Assembly (NCBI RefSeq): GCF_963853765.1
Contig: NC_088860.1
Span: 3,596,001-3,660,000, forward strand
From: Magallana gigas
Taxonomy: Eukaryota
Length of the DNA: 64,000 nucleotides
Direction of reading: 5' to 3'
Program-made: the position numbers and the translations under genes
Notes under the pieces: model-generated
The model's database searches: none
Told to the model about the DNA's origin: nothing
What the model saw: only the letters and a program-made list of their open reading frames with translations
Shown here: piece by piece, positions 38,501 through 48,344 of the stretch
Numbering within the stretch: the first letter of the stretch is position 1
How the letters are laid out: the number at the start of each line of letters is the position of its first letter

Positions 38501-41500
38501 CCTCTATAGCTAAGCTCTGCCAAATGATATGTGCTTGATCAAGATATGGATGAAAATGAAAGCTTTGGGATCATTTTAAAATCTAAAGTACAAAAAAGGG
38601 GAAAGGAAGATCCATTTAAGGTTTTAATTAAATTGTGATTTGAAATTTTCTGTATCAGATTAGGTATAAAATAAAATGGTGAATTCTGTGTTTTCTTGTA
38701 CGACAATAAAATTGTATACTAACTTTGTCATTATCCTGCTGTTTGATGTGCATTAATAAATAAAAGACCAATTTGATAAGAATCAGAATCATCAATGAAG
38801 ATGTATCATCTGTGATTCACACATGTACAGACACATGTAGAGAATTAAAAATAGCATATTGGTGTAACAAAGTCAGAAATAAGATGACAGGGTAAAGAAC
38901 TTACCCCCGCGGGACCAGCAAAGCTTGTCATCTCTTTCTCTTCCTCAACCCCAACTCTGTAACACAGACATAAGGACTAAATACAACATAAATTATCAAA
39001 CAATTAAAATCTATATCAGACCAGTCTCTCTTTGATGATTGCAATTTACAAACTAAGACCTGACCTGTAGCCATCCAAGCATTGGGGTTGTGAGACCCCC
39101 CCCCCCCCCCCCCCCCCCGTATTACCTTGATGATCTCAATTTACATAAATTCTAAATCTGACCTGATTTGTAACCATCCAAGCATTGGGATTGTGAGACC
39201 ACCTCCCCCCCCCCCCCACCGAGAATTTCCTTGATGATCCCAATATATAAGTTCTATGATAAGTTCTAAATCTGACCTAATCTGTAGCCATCCCAGCATT
39301 GGGGTTGTGAGACCACCCCCTAGTATCACAGTGATAATCACAATCATCATGGTGGCGGACACCATCAGCTGGCGAGACTCTGTAGATGTGTTCCGGATGG
39401 CCAGAGCGAAAGCTATGGCTCCTCTAAGTCCTAAGTAAATAAAGCATCTATATTATGTGTGTACTGAATACATGGTGTATAATAGAGGCATGACAAGAAC
39501 TGAAAGTGTGACATGCTGTACAAATACAGGTGTCAACACACCTATGGTCAATACTAAAGCACTTGGAAAGAATTTTTTTGACTTAATCACAAATTTACTG
39601 TAAATGCTTTTAAATTAAATTTTAAAGAGCATTTATATATGTTTACTCTGGCATGAAATTATTCAATTACATAGAATGTGAGTTTAAGACTACTCACCCG
39701 AGAACATCATCATATGCATGAATGGGCGGGTGATTTTGTTTTTCCTTCCCAAATTCAATAACAATGACAAAGGATAAATGTTGAAAAATCTTGCAATGAA
39801 AATAGATATCTTCATAAAGTTAAGGGCAATTTTTCGGCTGATTTTAATGATCCCTTGACATATATTTACATATATTGACAAATGACCTAATCTGTATACA
39901 TAAAGAACTGTACAAGGGTATACTCTACATATTACTTTAAAAAAAAATACTGTGAAAGCAGAATTATTTGTTGATTAAATCCAATTGTTTAATTCATTGT
40001 TAACAATTAACAAAAAAATTAATCTCAAATAAAATGTACATCTGGTACATGTATTGTCTTATAAAATACGGCTATTTCAAAACAAGATTTTAACTCTATA
40101 AGGAACCATCTCAGATCAAAGATGAACAAAATTTCACCCCCATGAAAATGTCTGCTTTTTCATTATGGCTACGATACAGGAAGTGACACGTACAACAGGA
40201 ATTATACAGCTGGGCTGCGTTCAAGATCGTAGCTGCTACATAGGGCTATACGTAGACATTCATAGCCTAAATATTTTATGCTAAGTATGAAATCCAAGAT
40301 GGCCACTTTAGTTACCAATTTGTAAAAAACCTTAAAATCAACTTAATTAATGATATTTTGTTCGTCCCTTAAGTTATAATGAATTTTAACATGTATATTT
40401 CCGCTTGAGATTATCAAATTATGTCGATGTAATTAGTCTTTAGTTGAATATTTCCAAATTCAAATCTGAGACCTAGCAGCTAACCTAGCAGTCCGTTCAA
40501 TAGACCTAGATATCTACAACCTAGCGGCTAGGATAGCTGCTACGATCTTGAACGCAGCCCTGGTGTATGCAGTGAAGGGAGACTATTCACAGTGATACTT
40601 TTCTGTTATTTACCCACTTAAAAGACATTAGTTTTCCTTTGATGCGATAGAGAGTGTTTAAAATTAGATTTTTTTTCTCTACTTACAGAAAACAGAATAC
40701 TGAAATTGTTCCGTTATTCACTATTATTACAGGGTTTGTACGGTAACAGCAATCCTTTATAAATGATTTGATAAACCTATGATAACTGGAATAATTTATT
40801 GGAGTATGATCAAAACCCAGGCAAAAAACATTTATGACTTGTGTGGCAAAAGGATACGAGAGCTGCTAATATGAAAAGAGGGTTCCACTTCTGCGAATGA
40901 AATGTGAAGACAGCTACTCCAATGTAAAGGAACACAAAGTTTTCTGCCAGGAAATTCATCAGCTCAAACAACTGTAAGATAAAAACCAACTTAGGGACTA
41001 ATAAGGCTTCTCATTAATAATACATTAAGCTCATGTCAATCTAATGAAACACAAATCTAATTAAAATCAGAACTTCCATCCGCTCGAGCCTCCCTGATCT
41101 TCCACATGACGTATCAGAACTGGGGAGCAGATGGAAGTTCTAATTTTAATTTATAGATTAATTAAACACAAAAGGACAAACATTGTACAGCAAACACATC
41201 TTTTCGTTTGGCTGCTCAAAAATTGAATCACTATATATATCTGAAGATCTCATAAACCCTGCATTGTTTTTACATTAATACAAAAGAAAATACATCTTTT
41301 GTAATTATGTACCTTAGTTTTCAAAAGTTTCAAAAATCTTTAATTATCATAAATTTTGCCATTGTCTTCTCTGACAATCCCTCCACTTACGAATTAAACT
41401 TCCTACCCCAAAAAACATCAATTTTGAAAGGTTTCACAAAGTCTATCTATAATTAACGATGCTACAGTTACTGTTATTTTTTTTCTTTTATCAGAAATCA

Positions 41501-44500
41501 AATGGGTGTATTGTTTTTGCTGTATCAGTAGAGTAACACACCCACCTGCTTCGTCCTGAGTTTGGATTCCACAGACAGGTTATTATACGTGTAGTGAGCT
41601 TGTGTAATCCCACAGAACAGCACCGCTACAATGCCTGCAAACAAAAGAAAATTTTATTTAGCAGAGGCAGACAATACAAAAAGGCACATGATTAATACAT
41701 GTTTCATAAAAACTAGGTAAATTCAGAACTGAAATGTTCAACTTATTTTAATAACTGAAATCATTTTAAAATATAACATAACTATTTAAAAATCCTGAAA
41801 GCTGGTAGACTTTTCATAAGTATAATGTTTTTAAGGTTTAAAAGTACAAAGCCCAATATTTCTGCTGATCTGAAATTTCCCCATATACAGTACATTACAT
41901 ATAATTTTAAATGGTATTGTACTGAAACTTTTAGAGAGACGTTGGCTAGTGCTGTTTTACAAACTGATCTGATCCTTTCTTAGTTTTACAGCTGTATTAC
42001 ACTGCTTTCTTGGTCAAGGTGATTCTTTTTACCTGTGAGTCCTGCTGCTTCACATGCTTGGAAAGACATGTAGGACATCAGGAAAAACATGGCTGTCTCC
42101 AGCAGAGGGAAATCCCGGATCTTGGTGAATTTAGTCAAGTAGGAAAGTCAAGGATCAACAAGACTACAACAACACTGGTAAATACTTGTTGCTTGAACAA
42201 GCACACAACAAATTACAATTGTTGGCTCTACTGAGGACCATCAATCTTACTGGAGCTTGAGCTAAACTTCACCAGGTAACAAACTTAGCTCATAGTTATC
42301 AAAATCAATATCATTAAAGTGAGCCAAAATTAAAAGCTATGGCATGAGTTCATGATAACCAACATTAAATATATTTCTCAAATTTCTAAAATATCAGTTT
42401 AATTTATAAAATTGATATCATTATTTCTTTTCAGATAATATATTTCTGAATATATTATTATATAATATTAATATTAATTTCTTTAACTTAATCATTCTTT
42501 AACTGCTGCCTGAAGGATATGATAGCTGTAGCACATCCAATCAGAGACCCAATGGCGAATGCCCCAGCAAATATTCCAACAAAGTTTCCAAGCGACGAGA
42601 AAAAGGCATGAACACTGAAACCCTGGGATTCACCAGATTGGGATGCCGAGGACCCGTAAGTTTCTACAGCTCTAAATTAAAGACAACATCCATATAAGTT
42701 GTTGAGAAGATAGCTAGGTACATGTATGGTCATTGTGAAAGCCATGGTTGTTTCATTTACAAATATAAGCCATATCATACACACACACTTTATACCCAAT
42801 GTCATGTATATTATGTCTTTGTAACTTTTAATCTTACTGACTTTTTTTCTGCGTTTTAGTTTACTCACCCTGAAAGAACTATGGCTACAGCATCATTCAA
42901 CACACTCTCCCCAAAAATGAAAGCAAACAAATCTACATCCACTTTTAAATCACTAAAAATGGCCAGTACAGTAACTGAAACAAAACAATTCAGAAAAAAA
43001 TTATTATCCTTAAATAATTTGTATAAAAATACATTGTATAAATATGCATTAAAACATGGATATTTCAATAACTTGTTTATTACTTGAATCTAGAGTGAAA
43101 TATACTAGAATATGCTTTTGGACTAATTTAAAGACTCATAGGATTCAATCTTTCTATGTTTTAACAAAGGTTTCTTTGAATCCTAAAAACCAAATAATTT
43201 AAAAGAAAACAAAAAAAATTTCCCACATTAAGGCATGGATGAGAAAAGATTTGTGTAATCAGCAAACCAGCAACTTTCTTTTCCATGTTTTTATTTCAAA
43301 TAGAAACATCTTTTGGATAATTACTAAGCTATTTGTTTGAGTTTCTTCTCTTAGTTACCTGGATCTGTGGCTGAGATTATAGCTCCAAAAAAGAAACAAT
43401 CATTCAACGAGAAAGAGGTCAGATTCATCAGACGTGTAACACCAAACATGAATCCTCTACAAAAGAAGTTGTGAAAATTACCATAAACACGTATGATATT
43501 ACAGAAAAGTTGTGAAACTTACTTCACATGATACCTCTTAATAGAAAATCATTTATAAATGAGATCCCCCTATGAATTTCAAAAAAGTTGTAAAATCTAT
43601 TCAAAATGATCTTCTTAAATATTAAAACTAACAACTAACATGCACGAATATACAATGTATTGTATGGGAAAATACACAATCTTTTTTACTGACAATGTAC
43701 AGTCAAAAATGAATGAAATCCTTCTCTTCTGTAAGTTCAAGATTGTTTATAAGTGGATATACTCAGTTGTTCAGTAACTCACCCCACCACAACACAGGAA
43801 ATCGTTGTACCAATGAATGCGAAGGCCATGATGGATCCTAGATTTCTGAAGAAATGTCTCTGCAAAGGGAGAACAGCTTGTTTTTTATGTACTTGTATTG
43901 CAAAGATAGTCTGTGAATGACACTCGTCATAAACATCATATTTTAAACCCAATGTGAAAATTTCAGTCCAATATTCTTTTTTATAAAAATATCTGCAAAA
44001 TTATTTACAGCCCAATCAAAAGAATTTAATATCTATAAATCTAAAAAAAAAAAATGATCTATCCTTACTTGTGTCTCAACAGAAGAAATGTGTTAGAGAT
44101 AAATGACTTGAATATAAAGTATTCTTTACTGTTGATTCATGTCTGTTCTCATTATCTGGAGTAAAATGAATTACCAAATTATTGGCTCTCTTAAACAAGT
44201 TTTGAGGGGGTTCTTTTTTCAAAGAAAATGCTGAAACTTGTTTCGTGTGGTGAAGAAGTTGGCTGGCTTTTCAGATTTAATTCATTGCTAAATAAAAGTG
44301 CTCAGCATGAAGAAGCATCCCTGTATTTTACAGGAAACTTACACATTAAGATGCATCAAAATAAATTAAATGAATAACTTACCCTCTTCATGCTATAGCC
44401 AGCTTCAAATATAATGAATGGGAGTAGAACATTGAAAAATAGCTCTGGATCAAATGTCACCTGAAAGAGAAAAAAAGTTTTAAATAATTTTAGCCCTGTA

Positions 44501-45533
44501 GGACCCTATGTTACTGTTTTTGTATGTAACATCCAGTGCGACTTCAAGATTCTGAAGCATTATTGGTGACTTACAGCCATTACAAGTTGTGACAGGGCCT
44601 TGTTCTCTTCTGTCACTTCACCCCAGATGTTGTACTTGATAGTCATCGACTTGTTCCTCACTGACAGCAGCACGGACTCCGGGGCCTGATCATCTGGGTA
44701 CGTATTATTCCCTGTGTTGATGATCTCCACATGGGGAGGTTTTGTGCTTGGTTGAAAACTGCCATATTTAATTATAACCCCAACTATCATTCCTGGAAAA
44801 ATATATATTTTAATTTATAGCGAGCTCAGAGAGCGGCTATAAATGCCACTTGCATACCAAGCTCCATAGACAATGTGTACAATGAGCAGAAATTTGATTG
44901 GGAAATCTGCACAATGTTCAAAGAAGTTTTTATCAGGCCAGGTGAATTCATCTGCCTTGTTTCCCCTCCATTGTTAAGTTAGCAAAGTTACCAGGTTACA
45001 TGGGGATTTTGCTTTCATGTCGATCAAATAAAATATACCAATATTTGTAAGATGCAGCTAACAGTGTCTAAGTGAATGATACCCAATACTCAGTCTAGAT
45101 TTAAAATCTCATGATTAAACATGGAATATGTCTTTTCATAGCGTTTCGCAATATTTATAAACACAGTCATATGACCATGAATACAGTATTGATCAATGCC
45201 CATAAACTTAGCTAGACGTTCGCCAGGAACAAAGCAACAATTCACATTCTTCCAAATATTAATATTACCGTAAATCATCGATAGTCCTGACTCGTGTACA
45301 AATCGGAAACGGCGAAACTTGAAGAACCATATCGTCAGGATAGTGAGCAGAAGCAGCCCGAGTAACATCAAAATGGTGGAACTGTCAATTTTATGCGTTT
45401 GTATCACCTGTTTCTCTTCTTCTTTTTCGATAGCTGGCTCTAAATGTGCAGGAGCATTCGCCATAGTAAAGGGCTGTATTAAAACGCAACATAAAAATGA
45501 TATCCAACACAACAACTTTGCTTTGACAGCCAT
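26156..45533 (-). CDS. SLC9A6/7/9: Endosomal/organellar Na+/H+ exchanger (NHE6/7/9-like), ~17-18 exons, ~685-705 aa
   Basis: Phase-consistent exons: 45533-45269, 44792-44575, 44460-44383, 43859-43783, 43456-43359, 42974-42869, 42671-42521, 42138-42033, 41634-41546, 40971-40858, 39809-39698, 39430-39277, 38956-38905, [38285-38220 candidate], 34688-34612, 34030-33922, 33339-33187, [26251-26156 candidate last exon]. Motifs: [76 protein letters not shown]. The terminal exon is less certain. Confidence 0.92.
29996..30210. mobile_element. Short MITE with (AC)TGTGGAATCATT TIRs
   Basis: TGTGGAATCATT ... AATGATTCCACAGT, ~215 bp. Confidence 0.65.
34195..34625 (-). repeat. 33-35-bp minisatellite (13 units) made of the 3' end and splice donor of an SLC9A exon
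   Basis: Unit contains CAACTTTGATGTCAG|GTAAAT (minus strand). The unit at 34612 is the real exon end (NFDVR|GT). Confidence 0.92.
35532..35595. repeat. (GT)n plus poly-G tract in an SLC9A intron
   Basis: Direct reading. Confidence 0.95.
39060..39320 (-). repeat. Three tandem copies of the SLC9A exon-12 3' end and donor, with G-run expansions
   Basis: GGTCTCACAA(C/T)CCCAATGCT(G/T)GGATGG(C/T)TACA..AG|GTCAG occurs at ~39277-39320 (real), ~39163-39210 and ~39062-39110. Confidence 0.92.
39810..40857 (-). other. U12-type (minor spliceosome) GT-AG intron of SLC9A
   Basis: 5'ss GTATCCTTT at 40857. Branch CCCTTAAC at 39826-39819, 9 nt before the AG. Flanking exons join in phase 0 (ILAAL|ISIFIAR). 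Confidence 0.88.
40213..40559. mobile_element. PIF/Harbinger-like MITE (347 bp) inside the U12 intron
   Basis: CTG|GGCTGCGTTCAAGATCGTAGC ... GCTACGATCTTGAACGCAGCC|CTG, i.e. a 3-bp CTG TSD. Confidence 0.8.
42139..42520 (-). other. U12-type AT-AC intron of SLC9A (382 nt)
   Basis: 5'ss ATATCCTTC at 42520. Branch TCCTTGAC at 42154-42147. 3'ss ...TTTCCTAC at 42139. Exons join in phase 0 (GCATAI|[16 protein letters not shown]), matching the NHE6-type sequence. Confidence 0.93.
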
Positions 45534-45767
45534 TTTTGCGGATCTGCCCCTTTTTGTATTTGTTAGGTCGTTCATGGAATCGCCGCCGGTTTGTAGTTCA
45601 ATCGTACGTTGTATGCATTGGGCAATAAGAATATACTGGCACAATTTTATTCTTACATCGTATTTTTTTTAGAACAAAATGTGTCTTTTTTATAATGAGA
45701 TATAACGTTCTTATTGACTGAAACATGACATCCTATAGAGGGAGTCAAAATGAAATTGTAATATTAT

Positions 45768-45913
45768 ACAAATATTGACTGGGGTTGAGGGCAGCATTGA
45801 TTATATTAGCCCCCGAGGGACGAAATATTGCCCGACGCGAAGCGGAGGGCAATATTTTCGTCCCAAGGGGGCTAATATAATCAATGTTGCCCGAAAACAC
45901 AGTCAACATTTGT
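45768..45913. repeat. ~146-bp near-perfect palindrome centred on GCGAAGC, probably part of a non-autonomous element, upstream of the SLC9A ATG
   Basis: Arms ...ATTGATTATATTAGCCCCCGAGGGACGAAATATTGCCC / GGGCAATATTTTCGTCCCAAGGGGGCTAATATAATCAAT.... Centre at 45840. Confidence 0.9.
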
Positions 45914-46629
45914 TTTGTTATATGAAGAAACAAACCAAAATTTAAGAAATTAATTGAAAACAGATCGCCGTAATTTTCTCAGCTCAACAAAGAATTCACG
46001 AATTCAATTTTGTGCAAAGTTCATTTTCAAAATATCCTCCGCATTAAACGGTGACTGGTGATATTCCGCCAACCGTAACGGTAAGAATTAACATACATGT
46101 ACAAATGTTCTACCTCATGTTCTTTCACAGTAATTCGCAAATCCTTATATCCGTTATGATAGCAATCCGTCGCAATTGCGCGTTCGTTGTTTTCTTGCCT
46201 TGACTGACTGTCTATTATGATGTCATCTTGTTTTGGAGTCGCGAAAGGTTATTTACGTCATCGTTTACGAATCAACAAATCAGAGGCGATTATATGAAAT
46301 AGAGGGAATGTTCTCTAGATATTATTCCTAACCGGTCAATACCAAAAAAATATTGACCGGTCAATATTTTTCGGACGAGCTAATATCACAATTATTGACT
46401 ATTCGTTTATATAGAGTTATATAGTGAGAATATACTACTGAATATAACAATGGACGTTATTGTCCTAATATATCCGAACACGGATTTGTGTGCTTGCTTA
46501 CACAGTGGGTTTATTTTATTTTACAATAATGAACTCGATTTTGAAAAAAACAAGCCAAACTTAACCATTTCAACAGATTAATCATTATATTAAGTAAAAA
46601 CTAGAGATGTCAACGATTGCTTGATTATC

Positions 46630-46797
46630 TATGGCAAGCCAAATTCACAAAATTAGCTAAACATAGTTTCACAGTCGATAAACTAGGTTTATCGACTGTT
46701 AACTATAGTTTACAGATCGTAAACTATAGTTCTGTAAACTATAGTTAACACTGAAAGCAATCATCTGCGGTTGTTAAACATAGTTTATCTGATAAAT
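46630..46797. repeat. Left part of an AACTATAGTT-array repeat element (host of the KDZ insertion)
   Basis: CATAGTTTCACAGTCGATAAACTAGGTTTATC plus AACTATAGTT subunits. The same family continues at 55972-56881. Confidence 0.75.
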
Positions 46798-46819
46798 GAG
46801 GTATGTCCAATGCACGATG

Positions 46820-47500
46820 TTTTATCAATATTGTCGACATCGCAATGCTGACCAATATCGTCTATCGACTGTCTACATCATGTTCCTTCTTTTCTGTTTG
46901 CATCGTCGACATCGCAATGTTGATCAGCATCGAGTCGACATCGTGTCTACATCGTGTTCCTTCTTTTCTGTTTACATCGTCGACATCGTCGATATCGCAA
47001 TGTTGACCAACATCGAGTCGACATCGTGTCTACATCGTGTTCCTTCTTTTCTGTTTACATCGTCGACATCGTCGATATCGCAATGTTGACCAACATCGAG
47101 TCGACATCGTGTCTACATCGTGTTCCTTCTTTTCTGTTTACATCGTCGACACTGTAGATGTTGCAATGTTGACCAACATCGAGTCGACATCGTGTCTACA
47201 TCGTGTTCCTTCTTTCCTGTTTACATCGTCGACATTGTATATATCGCAATGTTGACCAACATCGAGTCGACATCGTGTCTACATCGTGTTCCTTCTTTTC
47301 TGTTTACATCGTCGACATCGTCGATATCGCAATGTTGACCAACATCGAGTCGACATCGTGTCTACATCGTGTTCCTCCTTTCCTGTTTACATCGTCGACA
47401 TTGTCGACATCGCAATGTTGACCAACATCGAGTCAACATTGCAATGTTGATCGGCATCAAGTAAACATTGTGTGTACATCGTCGACGTTGTCAATATCGC
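46820..47500 (+). repeat. Left subterminal minisatellite, 83-bp unit, ~7 units
   Basis: Unit ACATCGTCGACATCGTCGATATCGCAATGTTGACCAACATCGAGTCGACATCGTGTCTACATCGTGTTCCTTCTTTTCTGTTT. The spurious ORFs recur every 83 bp (46954, 47037, 47120, 47203). Confidence 0.95.
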
Positions 47501-48344
47501 AATTATGGCCAACATGTTTTATATTCTATCTGTATTACATTTGTCATTTTTACCCTATTGTAATTATTGAACAAACATCGTATAATGTTAGTGATGATAA
47601 ATAAAAGAATTATCCAATCTGTAGGTAAGTGTTCTGCTTAACTGACTACAAGTTATCATTTTGTCATTGACAAAAGTATCTTATGCTCTGCTTTACTTGC
47701 ATTGTTTGTAACCACCAGCGGAGTGATAAACATAAAGTAGGGCAGAGTTCAGTCCTAGACCGTTAATCTTGTCCCGTCGGTGGAATTTCACTATCGCACC
47801 ATTGAAATTATGAATGATTCTACATTTATTAGTCTTGTTAGCATGGTTTACATCGTTAAGATTACAATAGTAGTTGATATAAAGTTTTAATGATGTTTAC
47901 AGAGCATATCAACTATCTTATTCACAAGCTGACGACATTGTCCACTTTGCATTATTAGTGTTGATATCTATATGTATGTAATTAACTTTCATATTTTACC
48001 CCTTCAATATAGATAGCATCGTCAACCCTTTTATTTTACCCCTTTTATGACAAATTTAGTTGACGACATTGATTGTTTTATCTCATTTCTGCAAATTTGC
48101 ATTACTAAATATGTGGGCACGAACGTTGAATTTATGAAACTATATTCAAGAAACATTTATGATCCAATGCTTGAATAAAAACAACACTTAACACTTACTA
48201 TGAGGTAGGAGAGATATATTTTTAATCTATTATGTAAACTCGACATTTAGGAACTAGATCGAGTTATCAATAATATTAATACTTGAAAGTTAATCATGAA
48301 AGGTCGTGTACAATAAACATCATAAATAAAGAAACATGTTCACT

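Noticed and set aside
45090-45644. 184-aa ORF as a stand-alone gene, or with an extended N-terminus from 45644
   Set aside because: It is SLC9A exon 1 running into intron 1. ATG 45533 directly precedes the signal peptide and is the more plausible start.
46796-47421. Regularly spaced repeats and recurring Cys/His-rich ORFs resembling a CRISPR array or a repeat protein
   Set aside because: Units are contiguous 83-bp tandem copies with no unique spacers, in a eukaryotic context with no cas genes. The ORFs are translation artefacts of the minisatellite.
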